Shown: piece after piece, positions 1-9,120 of the stretch
How the letters are laid out: each line of letters begins with the position of its first letter
Numbering within the stretch: the first letter of the stretch is position 1
NCBI GenBank assembly: GCA_034661035.1
Contig: JAYEKM010000029.1
Coordinates: 1 to 57,804 of the forward strand
Length of the DNA: 57,804 nt
Direction of reading: 5' to 3'
DNA from: Patescibacteria group bacterium
GTDB taxonomy: Bacteria; Patescibacteriota; Minisyncoccia; Phycocordibacterales; UBA12079
Program-made: the position numbers and the translations under genes
Notes under the pieces: generated by a model
Databases searched by the model: none
What the model was told of the DNA's origin: nothing
Seen by the model: the letters and a program-made list of their open reading frames with translations, nothing else

Positions 1-123
1 TTTAAATTATATCATATATAATAATATAGAAAATTTTTTAATTTTGAATTAGAAATAATAAATTTAAAATTTAAAATCTATAACTTATAATTCTTAAAAA
101 TAAAAGAAAAAACTCTAAATTTT

Positions 124-162
124 CAAAAAAGAGGTCCGACTACTACAAGTAATCGGACCTCG
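124..162 (-). terminator. Intrinsic terminator downstream of the pilin genes
   Basis: 9-bp stem GAGGTCCGA/TCGGACCTC (131-161). On the minus strand it is followed by a U-run (A-run 125-130 on +), right after the stop of the 188-646 gene. Confidence 0.6.
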
Positions 163-187
163 AAAAATTTGATTTTTTCTTTTGTTT

Positions 188-646
188 TTAAGGTGTCACA
201 TCATAACATCCGTCATCACCAGCTCCACCAGCACAATCAGAACTTCCACCGTTAAAACCATTTGTATCATCATCATCTTCTGTTAGAAGTGGATTATATT
301 CTTGCAAAACTGCTCCTAAGTGATAATTTTGTCCAGTACCCCAATAAAAATAATTGTCTCCATCTGGATCCTTGGAAATCTTTAAAAAACTTGCTAAAGG
401 TTTAGGTGTCCCATAAAGAGTCCCTTCTGTACCGTTATCCAACGGATAACTAGTATTGATGTCATAATATAACTCTAAAGCTAATTGAATTTGTTTAATA
501 TCAGAGATTCTTCGACCATCCTTAGCTCTGTTTCTAGCCCCACTCATTGAGGTTAAAACTACCGCTGACAAAATACCAATAATAGCCACTGTAATGAGTA
601 ATTCAACTAGAGTAAACCCTTTCTGTTGTCCTTTTTTTATGATCAT
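188..646 (-). CDS. Type IV pilin / pseudopilin
   Basis: Leader MIIKKGQQKG followed by FTLVELLITVAIIGILSAV: prepilin G/F cleavage site, Glu at +5, hydrophobic helix. The ORF-track start at 676 is GTG and overlaps the upstream gene, so ATG 646 is preferred. Confidence 0.8.
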   Translation of the reverse strand: MIIKKGQQKGFTLVELLITVAIIGILSAVVLTSMSGARNRAKDGRRISDIKQIQLALELYYDINTSYPLDNGTEGTLYGTPKPLASFLKISKDPDGDNYFYWGTGQNYHLGAVLQEYNPLLTEDDDDTNGFNGGSSDCAGGAGDDGCYDVTP

Positions 647-657
647 AAATTTATTAT

Positions 658-1053
658 TTAAGGAGTCGTAACACAACCACGTTCACTGCATGTAATTGAC
701 CAAGAGCTACCTTCTGCAGTAGAAGCTTTAAATTCTCCAAGATTATCACTAGCAACATAATCCCAACTACTCGGCAATACAGGAAACACAGCATCAACAT
801 TAGCGTGGGCACAAATCTTTTCCCCTACAACAGGTAAAACCGTCCTAAAATCCACTACATCATTATCACTTTCACAGATCACCAAATGAGCCTGAAGAGA
901 ATTTAACTGTTGTTGCGTAACCGCTAACCTTGCCTTTGGTCTAGAATTGGTCAATGACCAAGCAGTAAAAGAACTCAACAAACCTATAATTCCTACAACT
1001 ATAAGCATTTCCACTAAAGAAAACCCTCTTTTATCTTTTGGTAAACTAGACAT
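658..1053 (-). CDS. Type IV pilin-like protein (minor pilin?)
   Basis: N-terminus MSSLPKDKRG/FSLVEMLIVVGIIGLLSS is a class III (prepilin) signal. It lies in tandem with two other pilin genes. Confidence 0.75.
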   Translation of the reverse strand: MSSLPKDKRGFSLVEMLIVVGIIGLLSSFTAWSLTNSRPKARLAVTQQQLNSLQAHLVICESDNDVVDFRTVLPVVGEKICAHANVDAVFPVLPSSWDYVASDNLGEFKASTAEGSSWSITCSERGCVTTP

Positions 1054-1065
1054 TTATATTCAGTG

Positions 1066-1560
1066 TTAGTTACAACCAGCAGCTAAATTACCAATGGGAC
1101 CTACAATTGAATTAGGTCCTGCATTTAAACCAGCTGAACCATACTCAAGATAAAAACAAATCTGGAATTTTTCTGTACCAGCACCAGCAGCACCAAGATC
1201 TGTACTTATAGAATAGTCACAGGCAGCTGAAGAGGTATCATTACAAGCAGTGGTACTATTACTTGGATCTGAATAATTTGCAAAAATGCTTTCTACTGAA
1301 CCGTCACCGTCAGTATCATAGGTACAAGTGTTTGCTAAAGCGTCAGCAAGAACACAGCCTCCAAGAGCGTTATTGCCATTATCAGAATTCTCAACCAATA
1401 TCCTAGACATATCTTTAGCATCCATAACTCTTCTGGCATCCCTAGCTTTTTCCCTAGCTGTTCCTAAAGAACTCAAGACAACCGCTGATAAAATTCCCAT
1501 GATGGCTACCACAATAAGCAACTCAATCAAAGAAAAACCTTTTTTAGTATTTCTAAACAT
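1066..1560 (-). CDS. Type IV pilin
   Basis: N-terminus [28 protein letters not shown] is a prepilin signal. The C-terminal region is Cys-containing. Confidence 0.8.
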   Translation of the reverse strand: MFRNTKKGFSLIELLIVVAIMGILSAVVLSSLGTAREKARDARRVMDAKDMSRILVENSDNGNNALGGCVLADALANTCTYDTDGDGSVESIFANYSDPSNSTTACNDTSSAACDYSISTDLGAAGAGTEKFQICFYLEYGSAGLNAGPNSIVGPIGNLAAGCN

Positions 1561-1660
1561 AAAAATAAATAAATAAATAAATATTAATAATTGATAATAC
1601 TTTAAATTACAAAATAGAATTCGTAATTCAAAGAATAAACCTCGACAATTTATAGCTTAC

Positions 1661-1689
1661 ATTATAAGTCCAAACTAAACTAAATCCAA
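1661..1689 (-). promoter_or_regulatory. Candidate sigma70-type promoter for the pilin genes
   Basis: On the minus strand: TTGGAT (1689-1684), 17-nt spacer, TATAAT (1666-1661). It sits about 100 nt upstream of the pilin ATG at 1560. Confidence 0.4.
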
Positions 1690-1719
1690 ATCCAACAAGA
1701 AATAAATGTGGATAATTAA

Positions 1720-1829
1720 TTAGATGTTAGGGATTAGAATGTTAGTTATTTAGGAAAGAAAAAATTGGCTTCGCCAATTTTTTCCCCTAAAACCTAAATC
1801 TCTAAGACTCTAAGACTCTAAAACCTAAC
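1720..1829. repeat. Long imperfect palindrome with a bidirectional-terminator core (family member 1)
   Basis: Perfect 12-bp core GAAAAAATTGGC-ttc-GCCAATTTTTTC (1758-1784). It is flanked by arms of ~8-nt words containing TTAG (left) and CTAA (right, e.g. ctaagact ctaagact ctaaaacc). Located between the pilC stop and the pilin promoter. Confidence 0.6.
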
Positions 1830-3034
1830 TATATTGCTGAGGAAATATTGTAAATAGGCATCAAAATAGCAGCTAAGAGACCTCCCACCCCAAGACCAAG
1901 AAGAACTATCATAGCTGGTTCAATCATCCCCACCAACATATCAACAGCTCCTGAAACTTCCCTCTCATAAAATTTAGACAATGTTTCTAAAATATCGTTT
2001 AAACCACCAGTTTCTTCACCTATTTTAATCATTTGAATCATGATGTTAGGAATCTCACCCTCATTAACCATAGCATTAGCAACAGAACTACCAGTTTTTA
2101 TAGATTGAGATGCGTTCTTCAACAATTCTTCATAAACAGCACTATCTACAACAGTGGAAGCTGTTTCAACTGCTTTTACCACAGGAATACCACTCGCCAA
2201 CATTGTATTCATATTTCCGCAAATTCTAGATAAATACATCTTTTTGTACAAAGTTCCTATAGCAGGAATGGATAATTTAAACTTATCTATAGACATCTTG
2301 CCAGATTTAGTCCTACTAAATCTAAAGAAAAAGAAAACTGCTACCACAAAAATAATCAGCATAAAAACTCCGTAGGTTATAAAAAATTCACTCAAATTAA
2401 TCACCGCTCTCGTTAGGATAGGTAGTTCTTGACCTGCATCGATTAAAATAGCACTAATCTTAGGTACAACCATCACAAGCATTAGAACCATAACTACAAT
2501 AAAAACAATTACAACAAAAATAGGATAAATCAGAGCATTTTTAGCTTTAGACATCAATTCATAGCCCCTATCTAAATGTTCAGCTAAATATAAAAAAGTG
2601 TCATTTAAATTACCAGACTCTTCACCAGACTTAACCATATTAACGTAGAATTCAGAAAAGACCTTTGGATGTTTTGACATCGCTACTGAAATTGAATTAC
2701 CTCCTTGAATATCATCAGCAATTTGTTTTAAAATTCTTCCTAAAACAGGATTCTCCACCTCATCAGCCAAAAGTCTAAAAACCCTGAGAGCAGAAACCTG
2801 GGCTCCGAATAAAGTGGAAATTTGTTTTGACAGAATAACAACATCTTTATTAGAAACTCTCTCAAAAATTGAAAAATTGAGACCAAGCAAACCTTGTTTA
2901 CCAACTTCTTGAATATGGGAAATAATAAGTCCTCTATTTTGTAACGAACTAATAGCGACATCTTCACTGATAGCGTCTATCTTTCCCTCTGTTTCTTTCC
3001 CATCTTTATCAACGATTTTATACTTGAATAACAT
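1829..3034 (-). CDS. pilC: Type IV pilus platform protein PilC (GspF family)
   Basis: 401 aa with two GspF-type repeats separated by TM segments. Adjacent to PilT and PilB. Confidence 0.9.
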   Translation of the reverse strand: MLFKYKIVDKDGKETEGKIDAISEDVAISSLQNRGLIISHIQEVGKQGLLGLNFSIFERVSNKDVVILSKQISTLFGAQVSALRVFRLLADEVENPVLGRILKQIADDIQGGNSISVAMSKHPKVFSEFYVNMVKSGEESGNLNDTFLYLAEHLDRGYELMSKAKNALIYPIFVVIVFIVVMVLMLVMVVPKISAILIDAGQELPILTRAVINLSEFFITYGVFMLIIFVVAVFFFFRFSRTKSGKMSIDKFKLSIPAIGTLYKKMYLSRICGNMNTMLASGIPVVKAVETASTVVDSAVYEELLKNASQSIKTGSSVANAMVNEGEIPNIMIQMIKIGEETGGLNDILETLSKFYEREVSGAVDMLVGMIEPAMIVLLGLGVGGLLAAILMPIYNISSAI

Positions 3035-3044
3035 ATTTTTATTA

Positions 3045-4106
3045 TTAATTTAGCATTCTATCCAAATGATCCACTTGAAGAGAATATCTTTTCGCATCAT
3101 CAAGGGTTATTTCACCAATCCTAACAAGATCAGACAAAGACTTATCTAAACTTATCATCCCTTCTTTTGCGCCTGTCTCTATAACATTCGGTATCTCGTA
3201 GGTTCTCCCTTCGCGAATAAGGTTAGCTACCGCGGTATTCTTTATTAACAATTCATAAGCAGGGATAACTCCTCCAGAAGTTCTTGGAACTAATCTCTGC
3301 GAAAAAATGCCGAGTAAACTCCCCGCTAACTGGGTTCTAATTTGTGTTTGTTGACCTGCAGGAAAAACGTCAATAATCCTATCAATGGTTTGTGCTGCAT
3401 CATTAGTATGAAGTGTAGAGAAAACAAGATGACCTGTTTCGGCAGCGGTCACAGAAGTAGCAATTGTCTCAATTCCCCTCATCTCACCAATCATTAAAAC
3501 GTCGGCGTCCTGTCTGAAGACAGACTTCAAGGCTGTAGAAAAATCTTTAGTATCAGTTTCAATTTCCCTTTGATCAATAACTGATTTACCTTTACTGAAC
3601 ACATACTCAATTGGATCTTCGATCGTCACAATATGGTCAGGTTTATTTTGATTGATAATATCCAACATAGTCGCTAGAGTTGTTGTCTTACCATTTCCAA
3701 CTGGTCCCACAACTAAAAAGAATCCCTGTTCTTTTTGAGTGAAAGTTTCTAGGACAGGAGGTAAATTTAATTCTTCTAAAGTTTTTATCTTCTTAGAAAT
3801 TACTCTTAAACTAACCCCCGGTGTTCCTTGACTATAAAAACAATTCCCTCTAAAACGAATCTTTTCTGTTCCATAGGAAAAATCAACTTCTTTTTCTCTT
3901 TCAAATCTAGCATTATATTCCTTATCTAACAGTTCATTAATAACACCAAGAACGTCTTCACTTGTTAATACATTTATTTTTTTTAAAAAGAATAAATTAC
4001 CGTGAACTCTAATAGCAGGATTGTAACCAACAGATAAGTGTAAGTCCGAACCCCCTTCTTCTATAATTGTTTTTATTAAATTGTTTAACAATTCTTTATA
4101 ATCCAT
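3045..4106 (-). CDS. pilT: Twitching-motility retraction ATPase PilT
   Basis: 353 aa without a GspE N-domain. Walker A GPVGNGKTTT, Walker B DVLMIGEMRG, His box TGHLVFSTLHTND. Confidence 0.9.
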   Translation of the reverse strand: MDYKELLNNLIKTIIEEGGSDLHLSVGYNPAIRVHGNLFFLKKINVLTSEDVLGVINELLDKEYNARFEREKEVDFSYGTEKIRFRGNCFYSQGTPGVSLRVISKKIKTLEELNLPPVLETFTQKEQGFFLVVGPVGNGKTTTLATMLDIINQNKPDHIVTIEDPIEYVFSKGKSVIDQREIETDTKDFSTALKSVFRQDADVLMIGEMRGIETIATSVTAAETGHLVFSTLHTNDAAQTIDRIIDVFPAGQQTQIRTQLAGSLLGIFSQRLVPRTSGGVIPAYELLIKNTAVANLIREGRTYEIPNVIETGAKEGMISLDKSLSDLVRIGEITLDDAKRYSLQVDHLDRMLN

Positions 4107-4120
4107 AATAAATTAGTCAA

Positions 4121-4303
4121 AAGTTTATAAAGTCTAAAGTCCGTAAAGTCAGAAAAATTTGGGAAGCAAATTTTTCTTTATTTTCAGTTTCTAACTCTTA
4201 TTATTATACAGGAATTAAATAATAAAACAGAATTTGTTTGTGGAAAAATTGCCTTGCGATTTTTTTGCTTTCGACTTTATGAACTTTATAGACTCTACAA
4301 CTT
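4121..4303. repeat. Long palindromic intergenic element with terminator cores (family member 2)
   Basis: Outer ~30-nt inverted arms made of ~8-nt words: agtttataaagtctaaagtccgtaaagtc (4121-4150) versus gactttatgaactttatagactctacaact (4273-4303). Inner perfect hairpin AGAAAAATTTG-ggaag-CAAATTTTTCT (4151-4177). A second hairpin lies at about 4244-4267. Confidence 0.55.
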
Positions 4304-6010
4304 ATTAGCTTCCTCAAATGGAATAATTTTATTAAAAGCTTTTATTAAACCATCTTCTTTCATAGTAATCATTCCTTTTGATCTTACAAGAGCTTCTATC
4401 TCAGTATTAACAGCATTTTTTAAAACAACCTCCTCAATATCACGATCCATCTCTATAACTTCAAAAACACCTGTTCTTCCTTTCAATCCTTGCGGATTGC
4501 CTTTAACAGGAGTTGCTTCCAAAACTGTCTTAGGAAAATCTATTTCATTCCTAAATTTTTCGGGTAAGGTCTCAAATTCCTTATCAATTAATAATTTAAT
4601 GCTACCTTCCACAGGAATCTCCTTACCTGAACCAGGAGCCAATTTCCTAACCAGCCTTTGTGCAATGGCTAAAGACAGAGTCGGCGCAATCAAAAAAGGA
4701 TCAACCTCCATTTCAATTAATCTTGGAATTACTCCAGCGGCATCGTTGGTATGGATAGTTGAAAAAACCAAGTGACCTGTCAAAGCAGCTTGAACAGCCA
4801 AACCTGCAGTTTCCTTATCACGAATCTCCCCCACCATGATTACATCTGGGTCCTGTCTCAAAGTAGTCCTTAAACCACTAGCAAAAGTATAACCTATCTC
4901 TGGTCTAACCTGAGATTGACTAACACCTTCAATATTTAACTCAACTGGATCTTCCAAACTTAAAACATTTTTTTTCATTCTATCGATTTCGTGCAAAATA
5001 GAATATAAAGTAGTTGTTTTACCAGAACCAGTTGGTCCTGAAATCAAAATCATCCCATGAGGTCTTTCAATTGCTTTTTTTACTATATTAAGGTTCTTTT
5101 CACTTAAACCTGTCTCAGACAAATGAGCAATTCCTTTATCTGGTTCTAAAATCCTCATCACCACCTTCTCACCATAATAAGCTGGAAATGTAGAAACCCT
5201 AAAGTCAACCCTTCTATCGTCAATGTTAGCAGAAAAACGACCATCTTGAGGTTTCCTCTTTTCATCTAAACGCATTTTGGAAAGAATCTTAATCCTTGCC
5301 ACAACGGCACTATGAACCTTAGCAGGTAAAACTAGACGGGTATCCAAAATTCCATCAATTCTAAATCTTACTCGGACTTTTTCACCAGTATGTTCTATAT
5401 GAACATCAGAGGTATCATCTTCAGCAGCATATCTTAAGATGGTAGCAACAATTTTAGTGACGGGAGCATCCTCTACAAAAGTTGCTTCGTTATCTTTTCT
5501 CACTTTAGAAACAGCCTCACTTATTTTAGCTTCTTCATCATCTAAATCAGATTCTAGTTCTGTTAAAGCTTGAGAAACTTCACCACTTAAACCTTTGTAA
5601 CCCTCTAGGGCCTTCTTAAAATCACTTTTACTTATTATAAAAAGTTTATAAGGTAAATTTATTTTAGAAGAAATAAATTCTAAGGCGTCTCTTGCCTCTA
5701 TATTACCAGGATCAATAATTCCAACCTCCAAAAAACCTTCCACTTCTTGTAAAGGAATTATACTGTAATGAATAACTGATTTCTCAGGTATATGTTTTAA
5801 AACCTTACTAGTAAAATTTTTAGGATCTAATTTACGAAATGGTAAGTTAAAAAATTCTTCTTTAGCTTTATGGATTTCTTCCTCAGCCACCCCCTTCTCT
5901 AATAAAATTTCATCTAAAAATTTCTCTGTTGCATCAGCTTTTTTTTTGAGTTTCTTTTCTTCCCCAGCCTCAATAATATTTTTATTTACTAAAATATCTA
6001 AATAAGTCAT
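4295..6010 (-). CDS. pilB: Type IV pilus assembly ATPase PilB (GspE family)
   Basis: GspE N-terminal domain, Walker A GPTGSGKTTT, Walker B DVIMVGEIRD, His box TGHLVFSTIHTND. The ORF-track start 6019 is TTG; the first ATG is at 6010. Confidence 0.9.
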   Translation of the reverse strand: MTYLDILVNKNIIEAGEEKKLKKKADATEKFLDEILLEKGVAEEEIHKAKEEFFNLPFRKLDPKNFTSKVLKHIPEKSVIHYSIIPLQEVEGFLEVGIIDPGNIEARDALEFISSKINLPYKLFIISKSDFKKALEGYKGLSGEVSQALTELESDLDDEEAKISEAVSKVRKDNEATFVEDAPVTKIVATILRYAAEDDTSDVHIEHTGEKVRVRFRIDGILDTRLVLPAKVHSAVVARIKILSKMRLDEKRKPQDGRFSANIDDRRVDFRVSTFPAYYGEKVVMRILEPDKGIAHLSETGLSEKNLNIVKKAIERPHGMILISGPTGSGKTTTLYSILHEIDRMKKNVLSLEDPVELNIEGVSQSQVRPEIGYTFASGLRTTLRQDPDVIMVGEIRDKETAGLAVQAALTGHLVFSTIHTNDAAGVIPRLIEMEVDPFLIAPTLSLAIAQRLVRKLAPGSGKEIPVEGSIKLLIDKEFETLPEKFRNEIDFPKTVLEATPVKGNPQGLKGRTGVFEVIEMDRDIEEVVLKNAVNTEIEALVRSKGMITMKEDGLIKAFNKIIPFEEANKL

Positions 6011-6056
6011 ATCTATCAACTTTTAACGAATTAAACAACAGTTTGTTGTTTAAAAA

Positions 6057-6695
6057 TTATTTAATCATTAGGTCATATAGTTCACCGCTACACCTATCCA
6101 TGTCTTCAACTGCAGTATCAAAGTTTTGAGAATTATCATATTGGCAAATCATCTCTTTACCAACCCAATCTTGGTTAGGATTTTTGACGAATTTTGATTC
6201 TACCTCACAATAAGCACCTTTTGGACCTATTATTTCATACCTATAGGTTACATCTTGACCAACTAATCCACTCAAGCCTTCAACTTCAACCTCGACTGTA
6301 GCTAAATCACATTTAGCAAAATTTTCTTCGAAACAATCTTTATCACTACAAGCTGTAATAACAGGGGCGTTTACGTTGACACCTGTATATTCGCCATCTG
6401 TTCCAACAGGAGAGAAAGGGTTATTACGCCCAACCTCTTGTAATCTTAATTCCATACTAAAGTCTTCTAAATTTTGAAAGGCAACATCTTCAAACATATC
6501 TTGGTCTAAGGTCAAAGTTCTTAACTGTGTAAGAAGTTCAAGAGTTTCATCCCCGACAGCCTGAACTCCCATAGTTGAAACCAATTGAGAATCAGAGGAA
6601 GCTGCACTTGCCCAATACTGATAAGCAAAGAAACAAATCATTATGAAAAAAATACTTATCAATAAATTATTTTTATTTTTTGAACTTTTTAACAT
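6057..6695 (-). CDS. Membrane-anchored hypothetical protein in the pilMNO operon (PilP-position protein)
   Basis: N-terminal TM segment and a Cys-rich C-terminal domain. Occupies the slot after PilO. No family recognised. Confidence 0.5.
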   Translation of the reverse strand: MLKSSKNKNNLLISIFFIMICFFAYQYWASAASSDSQLVSTMGVQAVGDETLELLTQLRTLTLDQDMFEDVAFQNLEDFSMELRLQEVGRNNPFSPVGTDGEYTGVNVNAPVITACSDKDCFEENFAKCDLATVEVEVEGLSGLVGQDVTYRYEIIGPKGAYCEVESKFVKNPNQDWVGKEMICQYDNSQNFDTAVEDMDRCSGELYDLMIK

Positions 6696-6699
6696 AAAT

Positions 6700-7245
6700 T
6701 TATTTTAACCAATATGTCTTAATACTCATATTATGCTTATAGACATTATCAAGTGAAGTCTTTAGAGTGTAGTCAATAACATCGACTATCCTTAAACTAT
6801 TACCTAAATCGTCCATAAAACTCACAAAGTCTTCATATGAGGCTTCAACTGTAAAGGTTAGCCCAATAGAACCATACCCGTCTAGATTAGGACCTAAATC
6901 ATTCACTTGGTCACCTTCATTAATTTCTGTATCTACTTCAACACTTCTAATCATGCAACCATTCTTTACGGCAATCTGATTTATCTCCATAATGAGTCTA
7001 ACATTATCAACATTATTCGGTAAAAGCTTCTCAAGTCGATTAACATTCACTTTAGTGAAAGTATTATATTTAACCAAAAGCTGTTGTCTTATCTCCCTTA
7101 GTTCTTTAGACTTAGTTAAAGCATTATCATATTCTGTTTGTTCCTCCTTTAATACACTCGTCTCCGTATAAGCAGGATCAATATAGGAAAAGAATAACCC
7201 TCCCGCTAAAATTATGAAAAAAATTGGAATTATAAATTTAAACAT
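6700..7245 (-). CDS. PilO-like pilus assembly protein
   Basis: 181 aa, N-terminal TM followed by a coiled coil and then an alpha/beta domain. Position after the PilN-like gene. Confidence 0.55.
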   Translation of the reverse strand: MFKFIIPIFFIILAGGLFFSYIDPAYTETSVLKEEQTEYDNALTKSKELREIRQQLLVKYNTFTKVNVNRLEKLLPNNVDNVRLIMEINQIAVKNGCMIRSVEVDTEINEGDQVNDLGPNLDGYGSIGLTFTVEASYEDFVSFMDDLGNSLRIVDVIDYTLKTSLDNVYKHNMSIKTYWLK

Positions 7246-7249
7246 TTTT

Positions 7250-7816
7250 TTATTCTAAACTATTTCTATAGGAAATAAGTCTTGGATCTATTCTAGCGGT
7301 CACACTAAAAACAACTCCACCGTCAAGCCCCACTCCTAAATCAGAAAAAATTAACTCATCCATGTTTTTATTTTCTCCAAAGACATCTGACTGTAAAGCA
7401 ACTGTTGCATAGGAATCAGCTGTGCCACTCATTGAAATAACCCATCTATCTTCCTCTGGATAGAAAGCCATTTCCTTGAAACTTACTTCTTGCAGAGTAT
7501 TTTGTTCTAGTAATTCAAACAGCGGAGTTAAAATAGTGTGTTTATCTAGAATCTTTTTAGCAGATTCTATCCGTTTATCTATTAAACTTAGTTCTTTTAT
7601 GATTTCCTTCTCGAGACTACCTTTTTCCCTATCCAAAATACTTGCCATATTTTCTATTTGACCTTCAAGATAACGATTGTAAAGAAAAACTGTTGAGGCA
7701 GTTAGAATCATCAAAATGAAAACTGCTACTCCAACCCCCATAAACAAACCACCAAAATCTTTCTTTTTAGTCTTCCTCCTTCCATGACTTTTTTTAGGAA
7801 TAAAAGATGTTTGCAT
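7250..7816 (-). CDS. PilN-like pilus assembly protein
   Basis: 188 aa, basic N-terminus, single TM, coiled coil. Directly downstream of pilM. Confidence 0.55.
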   Translation of the reverse strand: MQTSFIPKKSHGRRKTKKKDFGGLFMGVGVAVFILMILTASTVFLYNRYLEGQIENMASILDREKGSLEKEIIKELSLIDKRIESAKKILDKHTILTPLFELLEQNTLQEVSFKEMAFYPEEDRWVISMSGTADSYATVALQSDVFGENKNMDELIFSDLGVGLDGGVVFSVTARIDPRLISYRNSLE

Positions 7817-7933
7817 TAATAATATTATACATTAAAAAAGAAACCTTTACACAACAGAAATAAACAAAACTGTGGATAGAAAACAAAACAACCAGTCCTA
7901 ATTTAATTCTGTGTATTTTTTTAATTTTTATAT

Positions 7934-9094
7934 TTATTTTTCTAAACCTCTCAAAGCAAGACCTACCGCTACAGCAAATTCTGGTCCTATTTCTTTTAAA
8001 ATATCATCTAAAAAGGCTGGGGTTTTAATCTTCTCAAAAGGATCGGCTAATACTGATTCAATTTCTAGATGTTTAAGGGAAGATTCAGTTAAACCTTTAA
8101 TAACAGACCCTCCTCCTGTAAAGACCACTGTGTCAACACTCTTCCCTTGTTCACTTTGGAAATTAATTAGAACCTTTTGTGTTTCTTCAAAAATATATTT
8201 AAGATTCGTTAAAACAATATCTGAAACTTCTTTATCTGGACCCTCTCCCGTTAAACCAATACTCCTTTTCTTCTTTTCCGCTTTTTCAATTGAAATTCCT
8301 ACAGTTCTTGAAATGGCAGCACTAATATCCTGTGAACCACGATTAATAAGGTGTGATTTCTTTACTACACCGTATTCCACAATATACAATTTGGTCACAC
8401 TAGACCCAATATCTAGAATAGTTGATACCCCTGCGTTATGTCCCAAAACAGACCTAATTGTACTGAAAATTTCTATCTCAAGAAAATCTAAACCTAACTT
8501 AGCATTCTTAATAATGTCGTTATATCTCTCTATGGCATTTTTATGGATGGCTACCACAAAAATTTTCATGGTATTTTTACTTTTAGATTTAGTCTTTTCT
8601 GTCTCAGTGGCAGGTCTCATGTCCTCAAGAGAGTCTTCTTCTGGTTCTTCATCCTCAATAACAACTCTCCAATCAAGCATCACTTCCGTAATAGGAACAG
8701 GAATAAAACGTCGAGCTTCAATAGGAACAATCTTCTCTAATTGGTCATTAGAAACTCTTGGAATTTCCATTTCAAATATCAAACTGGAGCTAAGAGGAAT
8801 AGAAGAACCACAACTCATCACATTGACGGTTGACTCCTTTAACAAATCTAAAATGGCACCACTTATTTGTTTATTGGTTAAGTTAGTTGATTTTCCTGAT
8901 TCTACGTTGGCATAAGGACCTAAAGCCAATTCTCCATATGTCTCCAAAACAGCTCCTCCCTTACTTTTTTTAAGTTGAACAATCTTAATGGCAGACCCAC
9001 CGATGTCCAGTCCCAAAAAACTTCCTTCCTTTTTTTTGAAGAATTTCGAAAGAGAAAAATTAATTCCTTTCCCCCCTAAAATATTTTCGAACAT
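7934..9094 (-). CDS. pilM: Type IV pilus assembly protein PilM (actin-like ATPase)
   Basis: FtsA/actin-fold phosphate motifs GLDIGGSAIKIV, ILDIGSSVTKL, VFTGGGS. First gene of the pilMNO block. Confidence 0.8.
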   Translation of the reverse strand: MFENILGGKGINFSLSKFFKKKEGSFLGLDIGGSAIKIVQLKKSKGGAVLETYGELALGPYANVESGKSTNLTNKQISGAILDLLKESTVNVMSCGSSIPLSSSLIFEMEIPRVSNDQLEKIVPIEARRFIPVPITEVMLDWRVVIEDEEPEEDSLEDMRPATETEKTKSKSKNTMKIFVVAIHKNAIERYNDIIKNAKLGLDFLEIEIFSTIRSVLGHNAGVSTILDIGSSVTKLYIVEYGVVKKSHLINRGSQDISAAISRTVGISIEKAEKKKRSIGLTGEGPDKEVSDIVLTNLKYIFEETQKVLINFQSEQGKSVDTVVFTGGGSVIKGLTESSLKHLEIESVLADPFEKIKTPAFLDDILKEIGPEFAVAVGLALRGLEK

Positions 9095-9120
9095 TACTAA
9101 ATTATTATATCATATATATA

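Noticed and set aside
4254-4775. 173-aa + strand ORF; similar antisense ORFs at 1328-1576, 2033-2375, 23369-23728, 29249-29986, 32347-32961, 38974-40629, 40702-40980, 48607-49193, 49431-49802, 51276-51545, 52830-53036, 56979-57359
   Set aside because: All lie inside and opposite to (or out of frame with) genes that have recognisable family motifs. Their translations are compositionally biased and none has an RBS or promoter.
7911-8915. 334-aa ORF on the + strand
   Set aside because: It is antisense to pilM, whose product shows clear actin-fold motifs. The + strand translation is low-complexity Ser/Leu/Ile-rich and starts at a non-ATG codon. This is a typical shadow ORF.
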